Shown here: one piece after another, positions 1 to 12,477 of the stretch
Position numbering within the stretch: the first letter of the stretch is position 1
Layout of the letters: each line of letters opens with the position of its first letter
Source: Microthyrium microscopicum
Taxonomy: Eukaryota
DNA length: 64,000 nucleotides
Assembly: GCA_010405405.1 (NCBI GenBank)
Contig: MU004240.1
Span: 138,316 to 202,315 of the forward strand
Direction of reading: 5' to 3'
Program-made: the position numbers and the translations under genes
Notes under the pieces: generated by a model
Database searches by the model: none
What the model saw: the letters and a program-made list of their open reading frames with translations, nothing else
What the model was told of the DNA's origin: nothing

Positions 1-869
1 AGCAGTTCAAAAGACTTCCAACGGAGAACGCCGAAGGGGTAGATCTTTGCCAAAAAGGGTATAGCGCTTTGAACTTAGTTTAAACTATTTAAACTCAGTT
101 TAAAGGCTTTAAACTCGTTTGAACTAGCTTTTTAGCGTATATTTTAACTAGAATAGGTTAAATATAATAGTAATTTTAATGTTATATAATAATCTTAAGA
201 TATAGATCTTTAGTAGTATGGAATATTAATATTTAAATAGTAGATTTTACGTATTAAACGTACTAGAATAGCAATATATTAATAATGCTAAATTTAATAT
301 TAAAGGGATATAAAATACTATAGTTTATATAGATAAAGTAGAAATCTAGATAATCCTATTACTACTATTAGTAAATTATTTAAGATATAATAGCTAATAT
401 TATATAATCTAATACTACCTTTATTTTAATACCTATTAATCTAAATTAATCTAGAGTTAGATAACTTAATTTCTTTACTACTAAATGATTCTTAGCTAAT
501 AAGATTTCTATTATAATAGCCTTAATTTTTAAGGACTACGCTAATATTAAACTTATAAGATATATTATAGAATTTAGTATATTTTAAGTCTTAATAAGAG
601 TCGTAGTAGTATAAAGATTAGATAATAATTCCTAATGACTACTTATAGAATTAAACTGTTATAACGCTAGATAGTTATAGTTAGAACGACTTTTAGAGCC
701 TATTATAGGCTCTTTAAATCTTATTAATATAGCCCTTTACTAGCTAAATTATTACTAAAAAGTGCTCTTATAGAAGGGGAGGTTAAGTAGCTACTAGGAC
801 GTCTACTAGGGTACTTTTAACTATACCTTTACGTTAAGGAATATACTAGTAATTAGAATATAGATTTTG

Positions 870-1560
870 TACCCTTACTAATATTATTAGGATTATAAAT
901 CGTTATAAGTAAGTGTATAGTAGTAATAGTAGTAACGCTATTATTAGATAGAAGACTTAGTAATAGAAAGATATTATAGCTAAGTATAAAAGTAATACTA
1001 GTTTACTATAAGGCTCCTCTAGATAGGCTTTTTAATAAGCTATTAAGAAAGCTATTAAACTATAGGTTATTAAACTAAAAGAAGAGTTAAGATATATTAT
1101 ACTAATAAATAAATTTTGTATTAACTTAGACCTATTTATAGAGATATTCTAAAGGTATAAGAATACTATTTAATAGAAGAGGTCCTTATAGGATACTATT
1201 TATTAACGCTATAAAGATACTATAAAACTTTAAGAGATACTTAACCTTACGTTCTTTAAGAAGTAAGCTCTTCTAACTAGTATTAAAAAGGATAAAGATA
1301 TTAAGATAAATACTATTAAGCCTAAAGATACTTTATATTTACTATTATTACTATTATTTTTAATATCTTTATTATTAGTACTAAATTAGGGTATTAAAGG
1401 AACTACCTCTTACTCTAGACTAGTTCCTAGGATCCTTACTAAGTTATAGGCTTTACTAATTTAAAGTAGAAATATAAGTATTTCTTAAGGTTGTAGAACT
1501 TAAAAATTTATAACTAAAATTAATAGCGTTATAGATGTTTATAATTGTCTAGTTCTTTAG
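870..1560 (+). pseudogene. Harbinger accessory ORF2 (Myb/SANT-like) of element A, boundaries approximate
   Basis: De-RIP reading LTNIIRI.NR(H)K(Q)VY....(G)NA..(G)(Q)KT..(W)KDI aligns with ORF2 of element B; convergent with the transposase. Confidence 0.55.
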
Positions 1561-1889
1561 TTAGATAAGATAAATTTAGATAGGAATAGTACTTATTATA
1601 AGAATATTATTAATAATAAGAATATTAGTAGTAATAGTAATAATAAAGGAATTAAAATTATAGAATTAAGAAAAAAGGTAAGGATTATACGTTTAAAGAT
1701 AATAAAGATAAAAGATATATTAAAAAGTCTTTATAATAATAGGCTTTAAAAAGGATATTCTAGTATTTCCTATATAAATTAGTAGTAGATATAAAAGCTA
1801 GTTTTTATAGAAATATTATAATAAATATTAAAAGCTTTAAAAGTATATACTAAGGTTAAATAATTAGCTAGCTCTACTTTATTAACTTT

Positions 1890-3174
1890 CTCTTCTTTAG
1901 TAAGAATATCTAACTTTACTCTATAACTTCTCTTTTATCCTTTACTATAATAGATACTTAATATCTTTTAAATCCTCTTTGTCTACTATATTATTAAATA
2001 TATTATTTAGATTAAGATACTATTAAATAATTAGTAAATTAATTTAAAAGTAAGAAGATACTATATTTCCTTAATAATAAGTATAGTAGTTAATAAGTAA
2101 GAATGATATTAATATATATGCTTTAACTAGTATTAATTTTATCTATAAACCTAATCTAAAATTAGATATTTCTTCCTTAAAAAGGGCTTTTATATTATTA
2201 ACTACTTGCTTAATAGCAATATAGTATTTAAATATCTATTTATTAAAGTCGTGCTAGATTTAGGTTAGATTCCCTTAGAATAGTGATATAATTAAATTGT
2301 TATTTAAATAGGCTATATTGCTATATAGTAGTAATTTTAGGCCCCTATTAAATATTTAAAAGAGGTAAGTTATATTTATATCTATATAGGATAAATACTA
2401 ACTTATTAAAGTCTATTTTTAAGACCTAATACTAGTAATATACCTAGATTATTTAAACCTCTTAAATATCTTAAATCTATTACTATTATTAATCTGTTAG
2501 GATAGTAAATAATTTAGTATTTTAAATAGTAAGCTTTATTATATTTACTATATAATAATTGCTAAATTGGTCCTTTAGGCTTATAGATATTAATATAAGT
2601 CTTATTAATATAACCTTAAAAGATATTATTACTACTAGCACAATTAATTACTCTAGAGTACTAATAGTATCTTTCTATATTTAAAAGGAGATAGAATTTA
2701 AGTAGGGATTTAGTATAACGTTAGTTAAGATATATAATAGTAGTATTAAAGTAAGTCTTTAGGTATATTATACTTTTACTAAAGTACTAATAGATGTCGT
2801 TATAAGTATATATTTTTGCTAACCTATATAATACTATATAAAGTAGAAAAGGTCTCTTCTAATATGGATTTAAATAATCTTATAGAGAAAGATTCTTAAG
2901 ATTAAAGAGCTCTATTAGCTTAAGGATCTTTTACTTTAAAAATCTACGCTATATAAATTAATACTATAGGCGTTCTTTAATATAGATTTAGCATAATATA
3001 CTAATACTTAATAATAGTTTAGTGATCTAATCTATCCTTAAGATTCTAGTTAAAATAGTAGTATTTTAGTAGTAGTTCTCTCTCTCTTTAATTCTTAACT
3101 ATCGCGAGATGTAAAAGTAGTAGAATTACTACCACTATAGTAATTATTATTAAACGCTGTTTAATAGCGTTTAT
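1890..3174 (-). pseudogene. Harbinger transposase A, RIP-destroyed (3' end approximate)
   Basis: De-RIP reading gives, in order: YRFSKQEILEL, RLA, F(W)GYI(D)xT..I(C)KP, KY(Q)..P(DG), LY(GD)xAY, FN..IA(VE)Q, LLIN(C)HT(C)Y.GN.VSSYF. Intron at 3001-2944 and a probable second intron near 2400-2355. Confidence 0.85.
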
Positions 3175-4453
3175 TTTAGTAGTATTTTAGGTAAGATTAT
3201 AACTAAAAAACGCGCGTAGGGGAAATTTGTATGTAAGTGTTTATCCCTACATAATATTACGCAAAATCGCCACTAACGTATATAATCGCTACTTTAGGCT
3301 AGATCTGTAGATCTGTTCAGTTCAGAGGAGTTCAAATCCTGGCGCCAAAATTACTGGCTGACGGTCCCCATTATAGTCTTGCAAGTCTGATTCAACCGCG
3401 TCCGATGATCCGATTTGGATGATCATCAAAACAGTGTCGCAATAAGATCAGCATTGCCAAGTGTTCATTTTGAATGGCGGACTGGCGGTTGAAGATTTGG
3501 TTGGGAGGGAGTGGATTCCCCCTGCATGCACGGATCATTCAGGAACGCGACAAGCGTCCCAATGCGCGATATGATTGGTTACATCAAGATGTCAAGTGTG
3601 CTAAGGAGCCGCAACTGTTTGTTTCATGTTTCAACTTTGCACAGCTGAGGCTGAAAGATGAAATGGAGGCTCTCTGGTTCCTGTTGTGAACCTGTGGTTG
3701 GTTTGAACCTGACTGATACGTGGGAAATACAATTTGTTGGTTTGCGAATCTGATATCATGGTGAGCCCCTTGATTGTGCTGATCTGAGGACAACAGATAC
3801 AACATTGGTCATGAAGAAGTAGTCGTAACATGATGATGCACAGCATAATAGGTGAATAAGTGGCTGATGCGAACTCCTTTCTTGACGATTACACGAATTA
3901 CACGAATTACCAAATGGCTCGCCAATTCCTTGGTAGTCGGCGCCCGTCAGTGTGGTGTTGGTGGGTCCATCCGACTGGCCTGCCTCGTACCACCCAAACC
4001 TTCCCCTTTTTAGCCATGAGGCGTTAGTTCTTGCCTCCTGTTGACCTGTTCTTGCCTGTTCTAGACATTTTCCACTTGCTCTTTCTTCATTCACTGTCCA
4101 CTCTCTGACTTCATTCTTTTGACCAACACCTTCATTTTCCCTTTTGTTTCACATCTCACTCATTATTCTCCCAGTCTCCCGCCCATTGTGAGACTTGATA
4201 CACATTCTTTTGACCACTGCCTTCACCTTTTACATTCATTCAAACCATTGCTTTCTCTCTCGTCAAATTTCTCACGGCCGGCCGTAGAACACTATTCCCC
4301 CAACCCCACTGTGATAGGGAATTTTAAATTCGGATCACGGATACTGCTCTATCAGAGCTTCACGTCGTACATTATACGTCACATCCGTGTCTTTATCAAT
4401 TGACGCTCTGCTCGCCTTGAAACCTTCGTCTATCACGCTGGGCAATATACCGG

Positions 4454-7261
4454 ATGTATTCTGGCTCTCAAACGTCTCCCCGCTTTCCACAGCAGGAAGG
4501 ATTCCATCAACTTCCCCCATCCCAAGGCAGCATGGCTCCTAGCTATTCACAGAATCTCAATGACATTCCACTTGAAAAAGTAGTCACTGGAGGTTCCACA
4601 GGCGCTCGCAAGCCGTCATCAACAGTCGCAACAACTGCCGTCAACAGTACCAATGGCAGCGATGGGCGACCACGATTGGGTCGTCGTAAGACCAACACTG
4701 GCTTCTCATCCACCGATGAAAAGGCCAAGCTGAAAGAGTCGGATGATGGAACTCTGAAGGGAATGGGTAGGATATACCAGGCCGTTCTAAACTTCAGTGT
4801 CATTACCAGATACTTCATCTACGTTTTGCCAGTTGCGGCATTATTGGCTATACCAATTGCCATTGGTCTTACTGTTGCCAAGAATGCTACCATTGCAGGT
4901 GTTCGTATCGTCTGGTTTTTTGCTTGGATTGAAATAGGTATGTTCGCTGGAAATCTGGTTTTGCTCTGGCTAACACTTCTTCAGTATGGCTCAGTCTCTG
5001 GGTTTCGAAGCTATTCGCCCACTTCCTGCCAACCGTCTTCCAATTTCTTGCCGGTGTTGTCAGTCCTGGAGTTCGAAAATATTATCTCATTATTCGGGCA
5101 CTTCAGATTCCCTTGTCCTTGGTTGGATGGGCACTCGCTTCTCTTCTTACATTCTCACCAATCATGACACGCAATCCAGACACCTCCAAGGCTGCTGAAA
5201 AAACTCCATCGCTCAAGAATCTTCAACCAGGATTTCAAACTGTCATGGGTGAGCTTCTCGGAGCCGCCCTGGTTTGTTCACTCATTTTCCTTGTTGAACG
5301 CTTCATAATCCAGCTCATCAGCATCAACTACCATCGTAAGCAATTTGACGACAAAATCAAGGACAACAAACACAGTGTGTTTCTGCTTGGTCTGTTGTAC
5401 GATGCGTCTCGTGCTCTTTTCCCAGCCTATTGCAGCGAATTTGCCGAGGAGGACTACATTATCAATGACGCTCTAAATCTTTCGCAACTTGGAGGTGGAA
5501 AGAATAAGCGTAGCAGCGCCAACCCCATGCGTTTGTTAGCTAATGTTGGTCAAAATGTTGGAAGAGTTGGTGATAAGGTTGGCGCAGCTTTCGGGGCAGT
5601 GGCGTCGGAGATTGCTGGTCGCCGAGTCTTTGACCTTGAATCTGGCCACTCAATTGTTGTGGAAGCATTAGAGAAGACCCGATCGTCCGAGGCACTGGCT
5701 CGTCGACTTTGGTTTTCTTTCGTTACTGAAGGCAACGAGAACCTGTACCTGAACGACATATTAGAAGTTCTTGGGCCAGATCGACGAGCCGAGGCGGAAG
5801 AGAGTTTCCATGCTATTGACCGTGATGGGAATGGTGATATCAGCTTGGACGAGATGGTTCTTACTGTCACAGAAATAGGCCGCACCCGCAAATCACTCGC
5901 CAGCAGTATGCATGACGTCGATCAAGCAATCAATGTTCTTGATAGCTTACTAGTGACTGTCGTGTTCGTCGTCTGCATCCTCGTCATTGGTAAGTCTCTG
6001 TCAGAACTTGCGATTAGATCCGTACTAACATTAAATAGTTGCCTTTGTCAACAAAAGCTTCGTCACGACATTGGCGGCTACTGGTACCGCCATATTGTCG
6101 TTGTCATTCGTCTTCGCAGCTACATGTCAAGAGTTCTTGGGCTCTTGCATCTTTCTCTTCGTCAAGCATCCATTCGATATTGGCGACCGAGTTGATATCA
6201 GCAAGGAACGTCTAGTTGTTGAGCGAATTTCTCTTCTATTCACCGTATTCAAGCGCGTCCAGGACGGCAAGACCACTCAGATTCCAAACATCACCCTCAA
6301 TTCGCTTTGGATTGACAACATTACGCGTAGCAAGTCTATGCGCGAGCAAATCAAAGTATACTGCCACTTCGATACCAGTTTCGATGATATCAAAGCTCTC
6401 AAGGAAGAACTCTACAACTTTGTCACCGAAAAAGAAAACAGCCGTGACTTCCACTCAGACATGGAGATTGAGGTCACCGGTATTGCCGAGATGAACAAGA
6501 TGGAGCTCATGGTTGAGCTCAAACACAAAAGCAACTGGCAAAATGAGTCCATCCGCGCTGCGCGTAGGTCGAAGTTCATGTGTGCTTTAGTTCTTGCCTT
6601 GCGCCGTGTTCCAATTTATGCACCAGGCGGCGGCGACGCTGCACTTGGAAGCGCCAATGCCCCAACCTACTCCGTCAGCATTCCACCAGAAGTTGCGCAA
6701 GCCAATAAGGATGAGTTTGCTGCCAAGAAGGAAGCAAAACGATTGATTCCAACTCCTGCAGCCAACCCCGAGCCAACCAACAACTCCGCTGGCTTTTCGT
6801 CGGGCATTGAGCTTAATGGTGCAAACAACGAATATTTGGCCGTGCAGGGTCTAAACCAGCGCTCAGCGGCAGTCGACGCTACGCGTGACGACACGTGGAA
6901 TAATCGCGATGACATGAGCACACTGGACAACCGCAGCTCGTTTGATAAGACCGACGGGCAGAGCGAGCGTGGCCTCCTCCGTGATACTAGCCGCGGTAAG
7001 AGACAGCCACAGCAAGCCTATCAGACCACAGCATACACATCGAATGAGCCACTCCCGCAACGTGGAGCCTCCCATGTACCATATGCTCAACCTCCAACCA
7101 ATGCTTCCCAGCACGCACCAGCAGCAAATGCTCCACCGCCCAGTCACGCTCCTCCGGCACCACCTGCCATTCAAGGTCCGAGTAGTAGTCAGATAGCAGC
7201 CATGGGTGGCATGGCAAACTTGCAGTCGTGGAATCAGCCTCCTGCACCAGGCCCACAATAG
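4454..7261 (+). CDS. MscS-family mechanosensitive ion channel with EF-hand (Msy1/Msy2-like), 3 exons
   Basis: Joins ORFs 4454, 5113 and 6071 through introns at ~4938-4985 and ~5990-6038. TM segments, EF-hand DRDGNGDISLDE, MscS motif SCIFLFVKHPFDIGDRV, and RRSKFMCALV. Confidence 0.93.
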
Positions 7262-8699
7262 AAAGGGTAGTCTGAGTAGGATGGATTAAAAAACGGCCGC
7301 TCATGAAACCTTGGGATGGTGGTCGGCTTTCGTGGCCAACAAAAAAGCCTTGTATGACCTAATGTTTCAATACTTTATCTGCACAGTTTAGTTTTAGAGG
7401 TTGGAATATCATCGGTACCAAGTGTTGGTCCCGTATGTGTTTAGATTGGAAATTGACTTGTTTACTTTTCGATATCTTCCTTCGTGTTGACTTTCATCTG
7501 TTTCTACGCACTGCTTGTCGCGACTTCTCGTGCTGCCTAACGATAAGTCTCGAAGGTCTTTACAGACACTCATCGTTGTTTGGTGGTAGAATGTCTGTCA
7601 ACTTTGGGCACAAGTATTGGGGCTTGCATCGTGTACAATACGATAAATAGTACCCAATCGGATTATTTGATTAAACTTTTACTAGCAATGTTAACTTTTC
7701 GATGAGGACTGACAGATGACTTATGGGAGGTAGATGTTGGAACCTTGTTTCAGCCTTATGCTACTTCAGTATTTGTTGATAATATGATGTAACGAGGAAC
7801 CTATCAATCTATCATAAACATCTTCCAGAAGGAATCGTCGATGTGCTTTCTTGACTTAGGGCCTCGCTAGAAGTTCAGAAAATCGACAATTATCGGATTC
7901 ATTGAACACTGGCAATAATACTGAAAGTTGTACACTTTGGTCATTGGCTACAATATCGGACGACAACGTGTTCCTTTTGAACATAAATGCGACTCGCTGT
8001 GAGTCTAGAAAGTTAAGACTACGTGTACGTGAATACTACTTTGTTCGTCATAGCAATAACGATTTACGAACAGTGGTAGGGCTCACAGTCCCAACATGGC
8101 ATCCATAGAACATGCGGAAAATAGACTCCCAGAGATGCCAGCCTATAGCCATACCAATTGCTATTACTTATCCTTGCGAAATGTGTTGTGTGATCCTTAT
8201 GTGCCTCTCTATCTGGAAGGTTGGACTAGCATTAGAGCCAAACTGTGCACCTTCGGCCTTGGAATCGGATGAAATCTTCAGACTACCCCTGAATTTCAAT
8301 CAATATATATTGGACGGAGCGAAAATCAAAGAGATATTACCTCTACGCTCAGGCACTTTCCCAATTGACCCCTGGAGAAGTCTCACCTCTACCGTAGACT
8401 TGCACGACCCAGCTCACCAAAGTCTAATGGATTTTCTACGGTGATTTGTTGGATTGTTCAGGAAACAAGGCTCTAATTCAGCCTCTCCATAGATTACTGA
8501 CATCACCAATAAGAGTCAATGTAACTTGAGGCTCTCGGGTAACATCTGCTGTATACTTTGATTGCTTTTCGGCTTGTCCTTCTTCCCTATAGTCCAGTTG
8601 TGAGATAACTTCCTTTCTTTCTTCTATGCTTGGCTTATAATTCAAACTTATTCTCTCTTTTTTTCCAGGGTGTCTTTCATCCTAAACACTCGTTCAATA

Positions 8700-11608
8700 A
8701 TGCGTTTCTCGGTAGTGCTTTCCCTCTCCACTGGAGTTGTCCTTGGGGCTGCTCACGGGGAATCTATTGATAATTCAGTCGATGCCAACAGACAACCAAA
8801 CGCTCCTGCTGCAAGTATTCCTAATGAAGCAGATAATGGCTCTACTCTTCACCGCCGATATTTTCCGGGATTAATGACTCCACCATCTCATGACAAGCCT
8901 CATGTACCGTTTCCTCTGATGCCACATCACAAGCCAAAGCACTGGCCTAAACATCCATCTCCTCGTCACTCTGACAAAGAAGATGACTGTGAGGACGAAG
9001 AAGATGATGGAGAAGAGGAAGACGACGAAGAAGATGACAACGGCAAAGAATTCAAAGGAAGCACAGAGCACGACCTTCATGAGAAAGACGGAAGCAAAGC
9101 ATGCCGTCCCAAGCAGGGCAAAGGCAAAGGCACAGGATTAAAGCCAAAGCCAAAATGGCCTGGAAAGGACACTGGCAAAGGATTCCAACCGAAACCCGAA
9201 GGCCACTCTGGAAAAGGCCCAGCAGTGCCATTTTTGCCTTCAGCATCTGTTCCTCTACCTGCGACCATCTCAGCTGGCATCACGGTCGAACTCCCAGCAC
9301 CGACTATCGTTTCGTCTGTCACTTCAGTAATAATCTCCAACATAATCTCCGAAACGGCCTCTATTTCAATCATTGTTCCAACTTCAAAGTCGGTCCCCTC
9401 TCCCTCTAGTGCTTCTTCATATGCATCTGAGGGCTGGACACTTTCCTTAGGCAAAGGATCCAATACTGCTTCAGCAGAAGGACTTACAGCAGAAGTTTCT
9501 GCGAGTCAGTCCACAGTTCTGTCCAAGGCATCGGAAGCTAGCACTGCAACAGTTTTGTCGACTGGTTCTGTCGTCGCTGGATCTGGCTCATCAGCTTCTT
9601 CGTCCACTGGCTATGGCGCGGGCTCTTCCGTCATCCCAGTTCCCACGCCTGTTGGAGCTGGTTCTGGAAGCTCTGTTGTGTCTACAGGTACTGCTATCAC
9701 AGGATCTAGTTCAGTGGCCTCCTCATCCACTATTTATGGATTGAGTTCTGCAATTGTTCCAGTTCCCACTCCCGTGGGAAGTGGCTCTGGTGGCTCTGTT
9801 GTATCAGCCGAATCTTCAAAAGTCACAGCTAGCAGCTCTACAACTCCTCTTGCTGCAGGAATTGAAAGCCCAACTGCAGTACTTTCATCATCAACTGCAC
9901 TTACGGCGACCGCTTCTGGTCAGAAAGAATCGCAATCCAGTTCTGCCCCTGCCGCTCCCTTCCCAGTTGTGCCGGCTGGACTTGGTAGCAAATCTTCCTC
10001 TGCTGCTCCCTCCGCCGTGACACCAGCTGTTATTGTAAGCTCAGCAACTGGTTCTTCTGCTGCAGGACTTTCCTCTTCACTGGTAACTCCAGCGTCCGCT
10101 GCCACTGCAAGTTCCACTGGCAAAGGCTTCGGCTCAGCAAGCGGTTGGACTTCTGCAATCGTCCCTAAAGCATCAGGATCAGGCGCTCGTCCAAAGCCAG
10201 GCTCTCCCTCGGCACTTGGTGGACTCCCAGGCTCGCCTGAATCAGTCACCAACTCTGCAGCCACGTCTTCTGCGATTGTTCCTGAAGCAACAGGAAGAGG
10301 TTCCCGTCCAAAGGCAGCCTCTCCCTCAGCACTCGGAGGATTCCCAGGCTCGGCTGAATCAGTCACCAGCTCCGCAGTTGCGTCTTCGAATGGAACTATA
10401 CTCGGCTCTCAGATCACATCAGCCACAATAGTTTCATCTTCCACTACGTCTAATAGTACTCAAGTTCCAGCAGGCGTGATCGGTGGTCTTGGATCAACAC
10501 CTTCGGGCTCTACCCCGGCTCCAACCAACGGAGCCTCACCTCCTGGAGCAGCTGCAGCAGGACACGGAGGACACGCCTCGCCTAAATCACCAGAACAGCA
10601 GCCAGGAGCAGCACCTGTACCAGCTCCAATTCCCCAACACCCTGCGACTGTCGCGCCTTTAGCACCTGGATCGCAACCAACTCCACCAAGCAGCGCTGGC
10701 TCAGCACCTGCGCCTGCCAACCAAGGCTCGTCTCCTCATCCTTCGCCAGCACATGGAGGCTCCGGAGCTCAAGCTGGTATCTCAGCAGCGCCGGCGGGCC
10801 CTTCAGGAGCACCAGCTGGATCTTCGGGCGCAGCGCCAGCGGGAGCAGGACTTCAAGGTGGTCTCATCTCTAATAGTCGTAAGTTGTTCCAATCTCAAGC
10901 CAGAGTTTCAGCGGTGACATAACTGACGCTGTGAAATCAGCCGATACCACATTGACTTCAACTCGAACTGTTCGAAGCACAAGGACTGTTCAGGTCATTC
11001 CAGTTCCCAAGAAGGTAAGCTGACTATCATTTAGATTACCATATGCTGACTATCCTCAGTCCGCGACTGGAAGTCCTAAAGCGCACTCTGGAGAATCTTC
11101 TGGCTCGCAATCGTCAGGCAGCTCAGGCTCTGCCGGATCTGTTGGCTCTTCTGGTGTCAGCGGAAGTTCTTCAAGTGGCTCCTCACATGGCTCTTCGCAC
11201 GGCAGTTCAGCAGGAAGCTCCAGTGGCGCCTCAGGAGAAATCTCGGGCTCATCATCTAGCCCACAAGGAAGTGGCTCCAGTGGCAGCTCAGGTTCAAGCT
11301 CAAGCGGATCATCTGGCTCATCCGAAGGCTCTTCGTCTTCCACTTCATCGTCGCCCAAATCAGGATCTCGTCACGGTGGTAAAGCAGGAACAAACGGCTC
11401 AGATGCGCCAAGCGGAGCCACTTCATCGTCAAGCTCAGGAGGAGCGCACGATCAAGACTCTCCATTTGGAGGTGCAGCCGCAAAGAAACCATCAAAGTCC
11501 AGCCCAAGCACAAAGCCTAGTCCTGAGGTCTATACAGGAGAGGCCGTTCGATCAACATCTCAAATTTCGCTACTAATAGCTGTTTTCCTTTCTGTCTGGG
11601 TCATATAA
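8700..11608 (+). CDS. Secreted, probably GPI-anchored Ser/Gly/Ala/Pro-rich cell-surface (mucin-like) protein, 3 exons
   Basis: Signal peptide MRFSVVLSLSTGVVLGA; acidic and Lys-Pro segments; introns at ~10878-10940 and ~11015-11059. Last exon is Ser/Gly-rich and ends YTGEAVRSTSQISLLIAVFLSVWVI* (GPI-like signal). Confidence 0.8.
10151..10384 (+). repeat. Two 117-bp (39-aa) coding tandem repeats in the wall protein
   Basis: SAIVPKASGSGARPKPGSPSALGGLPGSPESVTNSAATS / SAIVPEATGRGSRPKAASPSALGGFPGSAESVTSSAVAS. An older 41-aa duplication (..IPVPTPVG.GSG.SVVS) lies at ~9560-9810. Confidence 0.85.
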
Positions 11609-12477
11609 TTTTACTTTGTAATCTGTTAATGGTTAAGCGATAAACTGTACAATAATACAATTAGTTCACTTCAATTTATATCCTTATAGAGCTCTTTGTC
11701 TAATCTCACATCCGCTGTTGGGAGTAAACTTGCGCCATTTGCCTGTTACAGAGTTCTTTCGAGTGGATTGACTTCAGGTGCTATCACAAGCTATATCATC
11801 TGATGACTTTACGAGTAACACGAGACTTCGGCTATCTTTACGACTTTTGGTATCTCCGCTCCAAGCTGGCTGGTCCAGGGTGTTGTTGTTGTTTTGGTTT
11901 TCGAAATTAAGCCAAGTAACTGTATGGTGTTCTCGTCTCTTCCAAACAGGGAAGGAAAAGAGGCCACTCTCTTCTCATTTCTTGAGAATCGGCATTTCAG
12001 ACTGGAAGGACGCACTGGGATTGGTGTACCTCGAGAACAGCTATAACTCACCGTACTATGCTTTCATACTGAATCCCTCGAGATCACCACCAAAGTCCAG
12101 TGTAGTATAAAACCTCACTTTCTGATATTTCCAAGCTCTCACCAAATGTTCACCGCTTCATATCAGATTCCGCCTTGGGTATCTCAGCCACTCAGGTAAT
12201 CCTCGCCATGGATTCACCTATTCCCTTCTGGGGAAAAAAAATGTCTGTTGCCTCACAAGGCGCACATTTGACATCTCATCACTTCTAAAGACGCTCCCCT
12301 TTACACTCTAACTACGGTCTCTTGATTCGAATTCCCATACACCTTTATCTTACCATTCTTATCCGATTATTACTATCACGACTTTTCTGCTCTGTTAAGG
12401 CAGGCGAAGCTTCGAAACAACAGACGGACCACATCGATATTTGTGAGCTATAGTCCGTCAGCGCTCGTCCTCCAAAC

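Larger units (their letters stand above)
1..3370. mobile_element. RIP-inactivated PIF/Harbinger DNA transposon A (left end probably outside the window; right end approximate)
   Basis: Very AT-rich, TpA-rich and CpA/TpG-poor. Contains a degenerate DDE_Tnp_4-type transposase (-) convergent with a second ORF (+). Subterminal TTTRAACT/AGTTCAAA repeats at 4-125 and 3319-3336. Confidence 0.85.

Noticed and set aside
3325..3348. GAGTTCAAATCC resembling a tRNA T-loop/B-box, and TGGCGCC resembling an LTR primer-binding site
   Set aside because: No T-stem, cloverleaf or LTR; it is better explained as one of the AGTTCAAA subterminal repeats.
11043..11576. 177-aa ORF as a separate gene
   Set aside because: It is an alternative frame over the last Ser/Gly-rich exon of the GPI protein.
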